Below are positions 1-11,240 of a DNA stretch of 64,000 nt, in pieces. The translations under genes and the position numbers were made by a program. The stretch is from Pseudomonadota bacterium. GTDB taxonomy: Bacteria; Pseudomonadota; Gammaproteobacteria; Burkholderiales; Burkholderiaceae_C. The notes below the pieces were generated by a model. The model ran no database searches. It worked only from the letters and a program-made list of their open reading frames with translations, and was not told the DNA's origin. The stretch spans positions 35,382 to 99,381 of the forward strand of contig JAZKCN010000002.1 of NCBI GenBank assembly GCA_040388075.1, written 5' to 3'. Numbering within the stretch: the first letter of the stretch is position 1; every line of letters begins with the position of its first letter.

Positions 1-626
1 TTACCAGTCAGCAGCTGGTACAGCACCACACCAGCCGCAAACAGGTCGGCACGCGCATCGATGGGCCGGCCCTGCAACTGCTCGGGCGACATGTACTTCA
101 AGGTGCCGACGATGGTGCCCTGGGTGCGGGTGGCCTCGCCGGAGTCCTGTATGCGCGCCACGCCGAAGTCGGCCAGCTTGACGCGGCCATCGGCCTCGAT
201 CAGCAGGTTGGCGGGCTTGATGTCGCGATGGATGATGCTCTGCCGGTGCGCATAGTCCAGCGCAGACAGCAGGTCGGCCATGATGCGCTGCGTCTGCTCC
301 AGTGTGTAAAGCTCGCCCTTGTCCAGGTGGTGCTTGAGGTCATCACCCTGGATGAACTCCATCACCAGGAAGGCAATGTCGCCGTCGCGGTCCGAGTCAT
401 AGACGCTGACGATGTTAGGGTGCTGCAGCCGCGCAGCTGAGCGGGCCTCGGTGCGAAAACGCTTTTCGTAATCGGCCGCCGATTCGTCGGACAGATTTTC
501 AACCTTGATGGTCTTGATGGCCACCCGCCGGTCGAGGTTGGGGTCGCGCCCTTCGTACACCAGCCCCATGGCGCCCTTGCCGAGCACGCGGATCAAATCG
601 TATCGGCCAAGCTTTTTGATACTCAT
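1..626 (-). CDS. Hanks-type Ser/Thr protein kinase (3' part runs off the window)
   Basis: Hand translation from ATG 626: MSIKKLGRYDLIRVLGKGAMGLVY (Gly loop), VAIK, HRDIKPAN, DFG, GTLKYMSPE; frame open to the window edge. Confidence 0.95.
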   Translation of the reverse strand, partial: MSIKKLGRYDLIRVLGKGAMGLVYEGRDPNLDRRVAIKTIKVENLSDESAADYEKRFRTEARSAARLQHPNIVSVYDSDRDGDIAFLVMEFIQGDDLKHHLDKGELYTLEQTQRIMADLLSALDYAHRQSIIHRDIKPANLLIEADGRVKLADFGVARIQDSGEATRTQGTIVGTLKYMSPEQLQGRPIDARADLFAAGVVLYQLLTG

Positions 627-730
627 GGGAGAAGGCGAAGGTAAGGAAGGCCGGGTGCAGCAGAACGCTGCACCGCTGACAAAAGATTCTATCTTGCAGC
701 CGCCACTGGCGGGCTGATTTCAGCCGCCGC

Positions 731-1621
731 TTAGCCTTTGACCGAAAAAGCAATCAGCGGCGCGTTCTCGTCAGCGCGCTCGCAGCCAGGCACCACATGG
801 CCGCTGCCGACCAGGTAACACTCGGTGCGCCGCAGCACCACCGGCTCACCCTGGTTGCCGAGATAGGCCCAGGTGCCGAAGCTGGAGGTGTCGGCCAGCA
901 CAAAATGGCCGCCCCGCCACTCCAGCGTCGCGTGAAAGCGCGAAACGCGCGGGTCGTTCACGCACAACGTGGCGTCCGTTGAACGCCCCAGCGAGAACTT
1001 GCTGCTTTTCGGGTCCAGCCGTATGGTCTGCCCTGCAAATTCAAGTTCGAGCACGGCCTCATGGTTGACAGCAAACATCGACTTGCCTGCCATCGTGGCG
1101 TCCTCGTCACGCCCGGTTTGCCATTCGACACGGTAGACATGGCTGGCCTCGGCCTTGCCGCGCAGGTACATCGGCCCCATGCTGCGCAGCGATGCTTTCT
1201 GCACCGCCATCAGGGTGGCCCAGACGTTGTCGGTCGTCAGGATCTGCGATGCGCCGGCCAGGTCGGCCAGCCGTGCGGCCGAGTTGACGGTATCGCCAAA
1301 GCAATCGCCGTCAATTTCGACCACCTCACCGCAATCAATGCCCATCTGCATCTGCACCGGCGCGCCGGTACCGCCGGGCTGTATCGGTTTTTCAAGCAGG
1401 CGCTTTTGTATGTTGATGCAGGCAGTGAGCGCATCGCCTTCGGCGGGGAACACAGCAAACAGGCCATCGCCCAGCACCTTGACCACACGCCCCCCGTGTT
1501 GCTCGAAGACCTGGCCCATCACACCCATCAGCTGCTTCACAAAACGCGACGCAGCGTCGTCGCCCAACCGTTCGTACATGCCGGTGCTGCCGACCAGATC
1601 AGCAAAGACGACGGTGGTCAT
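731..1621 (-). CDS. Class III adenylate/guanylate cyclase with C-terminal FHA domain
   Basis: VVFADLVGST, VKVLGDG and GDTVNSAARL cyclase motifs; FHA motifs LGR..VSRFHA. The ORF track extends the start to 1696; 1621 (MTTVVF) is my preferred start. Confidence 0.9.
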   Translation of the reverse strand: MTTVVFADLVGSTGMYERLGDDAASRFVKQLMGVMGQVFEQHGGRVVKVLGDGLFAVFPAEGDALTACINIQKRLLEKPIQPGGTGAPVQMQMGIDCGEVVEIDGDCFGDTVNSAARLADLAGASQILTTDNVWATLMAVQKASLRSMGPMYLRGKAEASHVYRVEWQTGRDEDATMAGKSMFAVNHEAVLELEFAGQTIRLDPKSSKFSLGRSTDATLCVNDPRVSRFHATLEWRGGHFVLADTSSFGTWAYLGNQGEPVVLRRTECYLVGSGHVVPGCERADENAPLIAFSVKG

Positions 1622-1934
1622 GGATTTGGGTAAAGGACAAGCAGGGCCCTGAGGCAAGGTATGTGGCGAAGGGAACAAAAAGTTGTTGCCAGCCAATATA
1701 TCAGCACCCCTTCAGAGCCAGACAGGCGGGCATCTTTGAAGGGCAAAAAAGAACACTTGCACACCTACAGTAGATCGGGCGCTTGTGGACTGGCCTTGAT
1801 AAAAATTTGGCCATAGAATGAAAGCTGTCAGTTTCATCAAATAAATCGCAAATATCAATTTATCTGCTGTACGGCAGTTTTTTGACGATTCAGTCCTGCA
1901 TCGGGTCATCAGCCCGCCGTTTCCGAGGTCCGCC

Positions 1935-3188
1935 ATGAATCAAGACCAACCCCCTGTGCCGGCCCCGTTCCAGGGAGCGGGTTCCGCACAATCCCTGCCA
2001 AAGTTACGTGTGCTCGTTGTCGATGACACCGAGGACAACCTGTTCCTGATGACAGGGCTGCTTGAAGACAAATATGACCTGTTGCTGGCGTCATCCGGCA
2101 AGGATGCCCTCGCCATCATCATGTCGCAAGCCCCGCCCGACCTGATCCTGCTCGACATCATGATGCCCGAGATGGATGGGTATGAGGTGCTGCGGCGCAT
2201 ACGCCAGCACCCGCCGACAGCCACCATTCCGGTCATCTTCCTGACAGCGCTCAGCACCATGGAAGAAGAGCAGCTCGGCCTGGACCTGGGCGCCGTGGAC
2301 TACATCACCAAGCCCATCAGCCCGCCCCTGCTTTTAACGCGGGTGCAATCACACCTGGAGCGCAGCGGTAACGCCAGGAGGCTGCTGGCCCTGTCGGAAA
2401 AGCTGTCGCGCTACCTCGCGCCACAGGTCTACCAGTCACTGTTTGACGGCTCGCAGCAGGCAGAAATACATACCGAACGGAAAAAACTCACCGTGTTTTT
2501 TTCCGACATCAAGGACTTCACGGGCTCCACATCGAAGTGGCAACCGGAAGACATTACACGACTGCTCAACAACTATTTCTCGGAGATGTCGCGCATTGCC
2601 GCCGAGTATGGCGGCACGGTGGACAAGTTCATCGGGGACGCCATGGTGATCTTTTTCGGTGATCCGCACAGCCTCGGCGTGAGGGAAGACGCGCTGCAGT
2701 GCGTCAAGATGGCCATCGCCATGCAACGCGCCATGGCCGACCTGCAGACGTTGTGGCGTGACACCGGGGCCGGCAAGTCCTTCCGCATCCGCATCGGCAT
2801 CAACACCGGCTTTTGCGATGTCGGCAACTTTGGCAGCGACCTGCGCATGGACTACACCATCATCGGCCCTGAAGTAAACCTGGCGGCGCGCCTTGAACAG
2901 GCCGCAGAGCCCGGCGGCATCCTGATATCAGGCGAAACCTATGCACTTGTAAAACACGACATTGAGACCGAACCCTCCGTGCCAATAGACGCCAAGGGGT
3001 TCTCGGAACCCATCACCGCCCATGCGGTACGCATCACCCCCGACACAGCGGATGGCGGCATACGGCAGTTGTTCCAGCGTGAGCTGCAGGGAATCAGCAC
3101 ACGGCTTGACCTCCAGGGAAGGCCGATCGCAGACCGCTCCATCGTGGCGGAAGAGTTGCGGGCCCTGGCGAACCGGCTCAGCACCTGA
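1935..3188 (+). CDS. Response regulator receiver fused to class III adenylate cyclase
   Basis: REC motifs VVDD, LLDIMMP, FLTA, ITKP; cyclase motifs [30 protein letters not shown]. Confidence 0.92.
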   Translation: MNQDQPPVPAPFQGAGSAQSLPKLRVLVVDDTEDNLFLMTGLLEDKYDLLLASSGKDALAIIMSQAPPDLILLDIMMPEMDGYEVLRRIRQHPPTATIPVIFLTALSTMEEEQLGLDLGAVDYITKPISPPLLLTRVQSHLERSGNARRLLALSEKLSRYLAPQVYQSLFDGSQQAEIHTERKKLTVFFSDIKDFTGSTSKWQPEDITRLLNNYFSEMSRIAAEYGGTVDKFIGDAMVIFFGDPHSLGVREDALQCVKMAIAMQRAMADLQTLWRDTGAGKSFRIRIGINTGFCDVGNFGSDLRMDYTIIGPEVNLAARLEQAAEPGGILISGETYALVKHDIETEPSVPIDAKGFSEPITAHAVRITPDTADGGIRQLFQRELQGISTRLDLQGRPIADRSIVAEELRALANRLST

Positions 3189-3202
3189 TCCCGGACCGCG
3201 AG

Positions 3203-6200
3203 ATGCGTGACGCTGTAAATAAACACCTCGGGCGCATACCGCTGCTGCAACGCCTGCTCGGACTTCCCTCACCCACCGAACGGGCCATGGCGCTCACCTT
3301 GCAGGCTCAGGAAAAGCACATCAAGCACCTGACGGCATCGCACACCTTCCTGAGCAATACCCTGAATTCGGCTCCCGATGGTTTGCTGGCCATCCACTTT
3401 GCCAGCGGCGCGAAATACATCAATCCACGCTTCACCGAAATGTGGGGAAAGGCGCCCGACGCACTCATGGCGCCCGGCCAGGAAATCGCCCTGATGACCA
3501 TGCACGCAACACTGGTGAAGGATGGCGCGCAGTTCATTGCCCGCGCCACGGAACTGTGGGCGCGCATGGACGGCGAAGTTTTCGACGAAATCGAGATGAA
3601 GGACGGCCGCCTCCTTGAGCGGGTCATCACCCCCGTCGAGTCCAACGGCAAACGCACGGGCCTGATCTTCAACTTCCGCGATGTGACCGAGCGCAGCCGC
3701 GCCGAGCGCAAGATACTGTTCAACCGGCTGGTGGTTGAAAACTCGGGGCCGCTGTTCTGGCTGGACCCGGTCGAGCGGCGGGTGGTTTATGCCAACAAGG
3801 CCGCCTGTGAAGAACTCGGGTATCCCATCGAGGAGTTTGTCGGGCTGGAGCTGTCGGTTCTTGACGTCGATACCAGCAACGAAGCCGTAGAGAAAATCAA
3901 GGCCGACCTTGAAGAATCCCCCAAACCCCGGCATTTCGAGAGCCGCTTTCGCTGCAGCGACGGCAGCCTGATTGATGTCGAAATCACAGTCTTCATGGCG
4001 CGGGATGAAGACCGTTCATTGCACGTTGCCGCGTTCAAGGACATCACTGAACAAAAACGTGCAGCAGAGGAAACACGAACGCAGCAAGCCACCATGACCG
4101 CGCTTATCAATGCGATTCCCGACCTCATCCACTACAAGAACCCACGCGGCTATTACCTGGGTTGCAACGAAGCCTTTGCGCAGGTGATCGGCCGCCCTGT
4201 CAACGACATCATCGGCCACAACGACCACGAACTGATAGACAAGGACTGGGCGGATTCGATTTACGCGCTGGACCAGGAAATCCTTGCCAGGGATGAAAAA
4301 CATTTACGCGAACACTGGGTTTATTACCGGGATGGCCGACAGGAGCTTTTTGAAACCGTAAAGGTGCCGTTCCGGAGCCAGAACGGGGCGCTTCTTGGCG
4401 TGATGGGCATAGGGCGCAACGTCACCCAGCGCAAGAAGACCGAGGATGAAGTGCGCCTGGCCAAAGAGGCAGCCGAGGAGGCAACACGGATGAAGTCGGA
4501 CTTTCTGGCCAACATGAGCCACGAAATCCGCACACCCATGAACGCCATCATCGGTATGTCATACCTGGCCCTCAAGACCGACCTCACGCCACGCCAGCGC
4601 GACTACCTTACGAAGGTGCAGAGTTCGGGCCAGCACCTGCTCGGCATCATCAATGACATTCTCGACTTTTCCAAAGTCGAAGCCGGCAAGCTGACGATTG
4701 AAAAAATGGATTTCGAGCTCGACAAGGTGCTCGACAACGTGGCCAATCTCATCAACGAAAAATGCAGCGCCAAAGGACTGGAGCTGGTCTTCAACATCGC
4801 GGCCGATGTGCCGCCCGCACTTGTCGGAGACTCATTGCGCGTGGGGCAAATCCTCATCAACTACGCCAACAATGCCGTCAAGTACACGGAGCGCGGTGAA
4901 GTGGTGATTGCAGCGCGCGTCCAGCAGCGCACAGCCCACGATGTGCTGCTGCATTTCTCGGTCAGCGATACCGGCATAGGCCTGACCGACGAACAGATCT
5001 CGCGCCTGTTCCAGAGCTTTTCGCAAGCTGACAGTTCCACCACGCGCAAATTCGGCGGCACAGGCCTGGGCCTGGCGATTTCCAAAAACCTGGCGGGGCT
5101 GATGGGCGGCGAAGTCGGCGTGACCAGCGTGCCTGGTTCCGGCAGCACGTTCTGGTTCACGATCAGGCTGGGCATCAGCACCCTGCCCCGGCGAGTGCTG
5201 CTGCCCAATCCCGACCTGCGGGGCCGAAGGGCGCTGGTCGTCGACGACAACGTGCATGCCCGCACTGTTCTGCGCGGCATGCTGGAGGGCATGACCTTCA
5301 GGGTAGACGACGTGGCGACCGGGGGTGCGGCCCTGCGCGCCCTGCAGTCTGCGCAAGCCAGAGGCGAACCCTTTGATATCGTCTACCTCGACTGGCGCAT
5401 GCCGAACATGGACGGCATGGAGACGGCCCGGCACATCCGCGCGTTGGGGCTGATACCCGACCCGATATTGCTGATGGTCAGTGCCCATGGCCGTGAGGAA
5501 ATGATTCACGAGGCAGAGTCGCTGGGCCTGACTGCTGTACTGGTCAAGCCCGTCAGTCCGTCCATGCTGTTTGACACCACCATGCAGGCGCTCGGCGAGG
5601 GACGCTCCGAAAGCCGCTTCGGCGCCCTTGGTGCTGCCACCGGTATCGAACAGCTCGAAGGCGTGCAGGGCGCACGCATCCTGCTCGCCGAGGACAACGA
5701 CATCAACCAGCAGATCGCCTGCGAACTACTGGAGGACGCCGGCTTTTCGGTCGAGGTGGCCGTCAACGGGCAGGTGGCACTCGAGATGGTTCAGCAGTCG
5801 CACTATGACCTTGTGCTGATGGACATGCAGATGCCGGTTATGGACGGCATTGATGCAACGCTCGCAATACGCCGCATCTCCCGTTTGCACGAGATGCCCA
5901 TTGTGGCCATGACGGCAAATGCCATGGCCGAAGATCGCCAGCGCTGCCTGGATGCCGGCATGAACGACTTCCTGTCGAAACCGATAGACCCGGACGGTTT
6001 GTGGCGCATGCTGATCAGGTGGATACCGGATCGCGGCACTGCGGGCAAAGTTCAGGACAACACAGCCTCCATGACGACAGGCCTTGAAACTGCGCTTGCA
6101 ACGGCCAGAACGCCAGCGGAAAGCAGCGGCCTGCCCGAAGGTATAGCCGGCCTCGATGTGCAGGCGGGCCTGTCGCATACGATGGGGAAGAAAACGCTCT

Positions 6201-6496
6201 ATATCGCGATGCTGCACCGCTACGTGACGGGTCAAAGGGACTGCCCCGACATCATCCGTCTGGCACTGGCGGCCGATGATGCGGCAACTGCGCAGAGGGC
6301 GGCTCACACGCTCAAGGGCGTGTCGGGCACGATAGGGGCAAAAAATGTGTCACTGCTGGCTGCTGCAGTCGAAACCGCCATCCGCGAAAAGCAGGACAGC
6401 GATCAGGTGGCGCAGGCCATCAGCGAACTGGCCGACCCGCTATCCGCATTGACGGCCACGCTGCACGCCTGGCTGGCCCTGCACGCCCCGGCCTGA
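3203..6496 (+). CDS. Hybrid sensor histidine kinase (PAS x3-HisKA-HATPase-REC-REC-HPt)
   Basis: [32 protein letters not shown], two REC domains (LDWRMP, LMDMQMP), HPt motif AHTLKG. Confidence 0.95.
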   Translation: MRDAVNKHLGRIPLLQRLLGLPSPTERAMALTLQAQEKHIKHLTASHTFLSNTLNSAPDGLLAIHFASGAKYINPRFTEMWGKAPDALMAPGQEIALMTMHATLVKDGAQFIARATELWARMDGEVFDEIEMKDGRLLERVITPVESNGKRTGLIFNFRDVTERSRAERKILFNRLVVENSGPLFWLDPVERRVVYANKAACEELGYPIEEFVGLELSVLDVDTSNEAVEKIKADLEESPKPRHFESRFRCSDGSLIDVEITVFMARDEDRSLHVAAFKDITEQKRAAEETRTQQATMTALINAIPDLIHYKNPRGYYLGCNEAFAQVIGRPVNDIIGHNDHELIDKDWADSIYALDQEILARDEKHLREHWVYYRDGRQELFETVKVPFRSQNGALLGVMGIGRNVTQRKKTEDEVRLAKEAAEEATRMKSDFLANMSHEIRTPMNAIIGMSYLALKTDLTPRQRDYLTKVQSSGQHLLGIINDILDFSKVEAGKLTIEKMDFELDKVLDNVANLINEKCSAKGLELVFNIAADVPPALVGDSLRVGQILINYANNAVKYTERGEVVIAARVQQRTAHDVLLHFSVSDTGIGLTDEQISRLFQSFSQADSSTTRKFGGTGLGLAISKNLAGLMGGEVGVTSVPGSGSTFWFTIRLGISTLPRRVLLPNPDLRGRRALVVDDNVHARTVLRGMLEGMTFRVDDVATGGAALRALQSAQARGEPFDIVYLDWRMPNMDGMETARHIRALGLIPDPILLMVSAHGREEMIHEAESLGLTAVLVKPVSPSMLFDTTMQALGEGRSESRFGALGAATGIEQLEGVQGARILLAEDNDINQQIACELLEDAGFSVEVAVNGQVALEMVQQSHYDLVLMDMQMPVMDGIDATLAIRRISRLHEMPIVAMTANAMAEDRQRCLDAGMNDFLSKPIDPDGLWRMLIRWIPDRGTAGKVQDNTASMTTGLETALATARTPAESSGLPEGIAGLDVQAGLSHTMGKKTLYIAMLHRYVTGQRDCPDIIRLALAADDAATAQRAAHTLKGVSGTIGAKNVSLLAAAVETAIREKQDSDQVAQAISELADPLSALTATLHAWLALHAPA

Positions 6497-6519
6497 GGCG
6501 TGCAAACTGCGGCATCGCG

Positions 6520-7509
6520 TTATTCAGGCTTGATGTTCAGCTTGTCCAGCACGCCCTGCCACGTCCTGCGGTCCTGGTTGATGTACTGCACCAGTTGCTC
6601 CGGCGTGCCGGGGCGTGGGTAAGTGCCCAGTTCACGCGACTTGGCAATTACGTCCGGCATGCGCAGCACCTCGCCCATGTCCTGGTTCATCTTCGCGAGC
6701 TGGGCAGGATCCACGCCCTTTTTCGCGATCACGGCAAACCAGCCGTAAGCGACGGCGCCCGGCACCGTCGCGTTGGCCAGCGGGAATTGCTCCAGACCCG
6801 GTTCAACGCGGTCGCCCATGGAAGCCAGCACACGCATCTTGCCGCCCTGCACATTGCCGGCAACCACGTTGTAGGTCTCGACCATCATCTTGGTCTGGCC
6901 GCCCAGCGTCGCCTGCATGGCTTGCGCACCACCGGGGTAATGCACTTCAAGGAACTGCGCGCCCGACTGCAGGCCCAGCAAGGCAGAGGCGAGGTGCGGG
7001 GCGGTGCCGCGGCCGTTGTCGGCCACTTCAATGCTGCCCGGCCTGGCCTTGGCTGCAGCGATGAACTCGCCCAGATTTTTGTACGGTGAATCTGCAGGCA
7101 CGGTCAGCACAAAAGGCAGTACGGCCGCAAGCGTGACCGGCACGAAGTCCCGGCTGAAGTCGTAGTTCACGCCCTTGATGGTGCTCGGTGCAACAGAAAT
7201 GGCCGAACCCTGCACAAAACCGAACACGCTGCCGTCGGTCGGCGAGGTCAGGATGGTGTTCATGCCAATGACACCGCTGCCGCCCGGCTTGTTGTCGACG
7301 ATGACGGCCTGGCCCCACTTTTCAGTCAGCTTGACGCCGACCACACGGATCAGCACATCGGGTGCGGAGCCAGCAGGGAAAGGCACTACAAAACGCACAG
7401 GGGCGGTCGGCCATTTGGCGGCCGTCTGGGCCTGCGCCACCGGCCATGCGGCGATGGCCGCTGCGGCCAGAACCAAAGCCTTGCGGCGTGCCTTCAATAC
7501 TGAAATCAT
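6520..7509 (-). CDS. Bug/TctC tripartite tricarboxylate transporter substrate-binding protein
   Basis: VPFPAGSAPD, DNKPGGSG, signal peptide; CAGGAG RBS before ATG 7509. Confidence 0.9.
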   Translation of the reverse strand: MISVLKARRKALVLAAAAIAAWPVAQAQTAAKWPTAPVRFVVPFPAGSAPDVLIRVVGVKLTEKWGQAVIVDNKPGGSGVIGMNTILTSPTDGSVFGFVQGSAISVAPSTIKGVNYDFSRDFVPVTLAAVLPFVLTVPADSPYKNLGEFIAAAKARPGSIEVADNGRGTAPHLASALLGLQSGAQFLEVHYPGGAQAMQATLGGQTKMMVETYNVVAGNVQGGKMRVLASMGDRVEPGLEQFPLANATVPGAVAYGWFAVIAKKGVDPAQLAKMNQDMGEVLRMPDVIAKSRELGTYPRPGTPEQLVQYINQDRRTWQGVLDKLNIKPE

Positions 7510-7778
7510 CTTGTCTCCTGGTTGGTACTTGCTCAAAAAAACTTCAGGACTGCGCGAGTGATGCACGCAAAAAGTCCAGAATAAATCGATGATAGGCCAG
7601 CGCCGGACAGCGTGTCCATACGCCCGCATGAATGATGACCATTGATGCCGCAGATTGTGCCCTGCAGGAGGACGATCTTCGCAAGCAGAGCCGTGGAACA
7701 GGCTTCGCTGGGCCACAGGCGGGCGGCCCCTCGGGGGGCATGGCGCTACACGCAGTGAGCAACCGTGGGGGCCATATT

Positions 7779-8537
7779 TCAACGCAGGAAGCCGTCCCAG
7801 ACCAGCTTGCAGCCAGTCAGCAACATGCCCGCATACAGCAGCCGGTAAAACAGCACGGCACTCATTGTTTTGGCCATGCGCACGCCAACCCATACGCCCA
7901 ACGGCGCCAGCGGCATCAGCACCAGCGCGGTCACCATGTTGCGTGCATCAATCAGCCCCAGCCAGGCATACGGAATCCATTTGGACAGGTTGATGACAAA
8001 AAAGAAATAGGCCATCGTCGACGCAAAAACCAGCGGGGACAGGCGCATCGGTATCACGTAAAACGCCACCGGCGGCCCGCCCGCATGGGCGACAAAACTG
8101 GTGAAGCCGGAAGTCACCGTGAGCATGCCGCCCAGCCAGCGCGGCGGGTGCGGGCTGTCTTCACGCGGCGGAAACAGCAGGCGCTGCGCCAGAAAAATCA
8201 GGATCAGCACACCGACGATGCCGGCCACCATGCGCGCGTCCAGCACCTTGAACAACAGCGCACCAATGACGATGCCGAGCAGGCCAAAGGGCAGCAAAAA
8301 TTTGAGCAGTTTGAAGTCAACGCTCTTGCGAAAGGCCGCCAGCCCCAGCAGGTCTATCAGCAACAGTATCGGCATCAGGATGGCAGCTGCCTGCGGCACC
8401 GTGACGGCGAGCGCCATCAGCGGCGCGGCAAGCGAACCAAAGCCAGCGCCAAAGCCGCTCTTGCTGATGCCCATCAGCAGAACGGCAGGAATGGCGACCG
8501 CATAAAAAAACGGGTCGGTGATGACCGGGAAACTCAA
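7779..8537 (-). CDS. TauE/SafE family (sulfite exporter-like) membrane protein
   Basis: GISKSGFG, TSFVAHAGGPP, NLSKWIPY; multiple hydrophobic helices; TTG start. Confidence 0.85.
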   Translation of the reverse strand: MSFPVITDPFFYAVAIPAVLLMGISKSGFGAGFGSLAAPLMALAVTVPQAAAILMPILLLIDLLGLAAFRKSVDFKLLKFLLPFGLLGIVIGALLFKVLDARMVAGIVGVLILIFLAQRLLFPPREDSPHPPRWLGGMLTVTSGFTSFVAHAGGPPVAFYVIPMRLSPLVFASTMAYFFFVINLSKWIPYAWLGLIDARNMVTALVLMPLAPLGVWVGVRMAKTMSAVLFYRLLYAGMLLTGCKLVWDGFLR

Positions 8538-8558
8538 ACCGGCTGCTTTTCTTCAGAG

Positions 8559-8590
8559 CCCTCCCCTCGAGGGGAGGGTTGGGAGGGGGG
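8559..8590. repeat. Short GC palindrome CCCTCCCC-TCGA-GGGGAGGG with a G-rich tail
   Basis: Perfect 20-bp palindrome at 8559-8578 in the nitroreductase-tauE spacer; resembles proteobacterial CCCTCTCCC-type intergenic repeats. Confidence 0.6.
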
Positions 8591-8622
8591 AACGTCAGTA
8601 GCGCTGAAAGCGTGTTTCGTGC

Positions 8623-9213
8623 TCAAAGCACGGAACACGCTTGCTCGAACGACAGGCGCGGGTTACGGTCAAACAGCTTGCTGTTGTCACCGTAACCGAG
8701 GTTGATCAGAAAGTCGGTCTTGAAACGGCCGTCCCGGAAAAACTCTGCATTGACCTTGGCCAGGTCCACGCCGCTCATCGGTCCGCAATCCAGGCCCACA
8801 GCGCGTGCGGCAATCATGAAATAGGTACCACCCATGGTGCCGTTGCGCACGGCGGTGCCGCCAGCCATGGGCGCATTGCCTTCGAACATTTCCTTCGCGC
8901 CCGGCTTGTGCCAGACCTCGGGCATGTGTTCAAAAAAGCGGGTGTCGTGGGCGACGATGACGGTGACCGGCGCTTCGCGGGTCTTGTCGAGGTTGCCGGG
9001 TGACAGCGCTGGCAGCAGGCGTGCACGCGACTCGGCGCTGTTCAGGAAGACATAACGCGCAGGCTGCGTGTTCATGGATGTCGCACCCATCTTGGCGATG
9101 TCATAAACCTCTTTCAGCAGTTCCAGCGGAACCGGCTTGTCAATAAAACCGTTAGCCGTGCGGGCCTTCAGGAACAGCTGGTCCAGGCAGGCCTGGGCAA
9201 TTTTTGTCGTCAT
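8623..9213 (-). CDS. rutE: Nitroreductase family, RutE/YcdI-like (malonic semialdehyde reductase-like)
   Basis: LFLKART, GATSMNTQPARYVF, GLDCGPMSG, LINLGYG, RNPRLSFEQAC. Confidence 0.8.
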   Translation of the reverse strand: MTTKIAQACLDQLFLKARTANGFIDKPVPLELLKEVYDIAKMGATSMNTQPARYVFLNSAESRARLLPALSPGNLDKTREAPVTVIVAHDTRFFEHMPEVWHKPGAKEMFEGNAPMAGGTAVRNGTMGGTYFMIAARAVGLDCGPMSGVDLAKVNAEFFRDGRFKTDFLINLGYGDNSKLFDRNPRLSFEQACSVL

Positions 9214-9331
9214 GTGTTGTACCTGGAAAAAAAGTAAAAAATACAGGGGCGATTAAACCACCGCCGGCGGTTTGGCGCTCGCGCGGCGGCCATGCAGGTT
9301 TTATCCCGCCCATGCCTTTTTTTGTATGGGC

Positions 9332-10333
9332 CTATTCAGCCTTGATGTCCATCTCGCGAATCAGTTTGGACCAGAACTCGGTATCGCGCCTGACCAGCGC
9401 GCGCGTCTCCGGCAACGACAGGCTCAGTGAGCGGCCGCCGGCCTTGCGGAAGGTATCGCTCACATCACGCGAGGCAATGATGGCGTCCATCTCCTTGCGC
9501 AGGCGCTCCAGCACCTTCGGCGGCGTCTTCGCTGGCGCAAACAGGCCAAACCACGATTCCAGTTCCAGCCTGGCGGCGCCGGTTTCACGGATGGTCGGCA
9601 CATCCGGCAGCGTCGGCTGCCGCGTTGCGCCGGACACCACCAGTGCCCGCACATTGCCGCTGTCGATCTGCGGACGAGCGGTTGGCGACAGGTCAAAAAA
9701 CATGTCGACCCGCCCGCCGATCAAATCCTGGTAAGCCATCTGGGCGCCGCGATAAGGCACGTGGGTGACGTTGACACCGGCTTGCTGCCATAGCGCCGCT
9801 GCCAGTACGTGCTGGCCGGAACCAACACCCGCTGATGCATAGGTCAGCTTGCCCGGATTGGCCCTCGCGTAAGCAATCACCTCCTGCAGCGATTTGTAGG
9901 GCAGGTCCTTGCGGCCCATCAGCGTGTAGCTGTATGAGACAGCCAGGCCCAGCGGCTCGAAGTCACGCAGGCTGTTGTACGGCGGGCTCTTGTACAGGCC
10001 CATGTTGAGCGCGATGTTGGAGATCGAACCCACTACCAGCGTGTAGCCGTCCGGTTCGGCCTTGGCGGCCAGGTCGGTACCCACCAGCGTGCCGGAACCG
10101 GTGCGGTTTTCAACCACCACCGGCTGCTGGAGGGCCTTGCTTAAACGGTCGGCCAGGATACGGCCTACCACGTCAAAACCGCCGCCGGGCGGCTGCGGCA
10201 CGATAACGCGCAGCGCCTTGCTGGGGAAGGCAGCGGCCTGTGCAAACACGGACGTTGCTGAGGCGGCGCTGCAGGCAGCCAGTGCTGCAAGCGCCGTCCT
10301 GCGGCTGGTCATGTGGTCAAAAAAATGGCTCAC
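9332..10333 (-). CDS. Bug/TctC substrate-binding protein
   Basis: VPQPPGGGFD, VENRTGSG, HVPYRG; GTG start with CAGGAG RBS. Confidence 0.9.
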   Translation of the reverse strand: MSHFFDHMTSRRTALAALAACSAASATSVFAQAAAFPSKALRVIVPQPPGGGFDVVGRILADRLSKALQQPVVVENRTGSGTLVGTDLAAKAEPDGYTLVVGSISNIALNMGLYKSPPYNSLRDFEPLGLAVSYSYTLMGRKDLPYKSLQEVIAYARANPGKLTYASAGVGSGQHVLAAALWQQAGVNVTHVPYRGAQMAYQDLIGGRVDMFFDLSPTARPQIDSGNVRALVVSGATRQPTLPDVPTIRETGAARLELESWFGLFAPAKTPPKVLERLRKEMDAIIASRDVSDTFRKAGGRSLSLSLPETRALVRRDTEFWSKLIREMDIKAE

Positions 10334-10384
10334 GGTTGTCTCCTGTAAATCCTGTATGAATTATTCGAAGCGTTCTTCAACAGC

Positions 10385-11014
10385 TCAGCGTTCCAGCGCG
10401 CCGCCGGCCAGCCAGCGCGCACCGCGCTTGTAGAGTTCGTCGACCACCGGGCCCTGCAGCATTGGCATGTCCATCTTTACGGTGTAGCCAATGCGGGTCT
10501 GGATGTAGGCCAGGTGGCGGTAGCCGGCTGGCATCGACGCCAGCACTTTTGCATCCAGCTTCAGCTGTGCGGTGGAATCGAGTGGGTCTATGCGGTCTTT
10601 CTCGTAAATCGGCTGGCGGTGCAGCACCTTCCACTCGCCTTCGTGTTTTGTCATGAAGTCGTAGAAGCGGCCAGTGCAGACCACGTCACACATCACCGGG
10701 CCGTCTTCACCTTCGACCATGCCGCGCTGCGAAATCGTCATCTTGGTCTGGGCAATCGCGCGCTCACCGTTGACCTCAATCGCCGAACCACCAAGAAAGT
10801 GCAGGATGCTCACGCCCTTGGCCCAACCCTCCTGCGTCACGCGAATGAAATCGGCAAACGGGCCCTGGAACCAGGTCGCTTCCATGCGCCCTTCCGGGTG
10901 CCAGACGGTGGCAAAACGCGCCCAGTCGCCGGCATCACGCCAGACGGCCCAGCGTTCTATGGTCTGGCGTATGCGAAGTTCGTCCATCAGGGTATCGGTC
11001 ATGGGAGCTTTCAT
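10385..11014 (-). CDS. SnoaL/NTF2-like protein
   Basis: RDAGDWARF..WHPEG, HFLG, GRFYD pattern typical of NTF2-fold enzymes. Confidence 0.75.
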   Translation of the reverse strand: MKAPMTDTLMDELRIRQTIERWAVWRDAGDWARFATVWHPEGRMEATWFQGPFADFIRVTQEGWAKGVSILHFLGGSAIEVNGERAIAQTKMTISQRGMVEGEDGPVMCDVVCTGRFYDFMTKHEGEWKVLHRQPIYEKDRIDPLDSTAQLKLDAKVLASMPAGYRHLAYIQTRIGYTVKMDMPMLQGPVVDELYKRGARWLAGGALER

Positions 11015-11240
11015 TAAGGCGGGTTAAACGGCGCATTTTCTTCGTTCACGTCAAGAAACCAGTTCTTGTATATGAACTTTAAACAATCAAACCTGCTGAA
11101 GCGGCAAGGGTTTTTACTTATTTTCGACATCAAAGCTGAAAAAATCATTTGTGAAATACGGAAATCCCGCTCTGGCACGAACTGCCGGGCTGCGGTTACT
11201 ATCAGCCTCATCTGTTCACATATATAAACAAATATCATCC

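Noticed and set aside
9214-9331. Riboswitch upstream of the nitroreductase
   Set aside because: Only short hairpins and A/T runs; no aptamer consensus that I recognise
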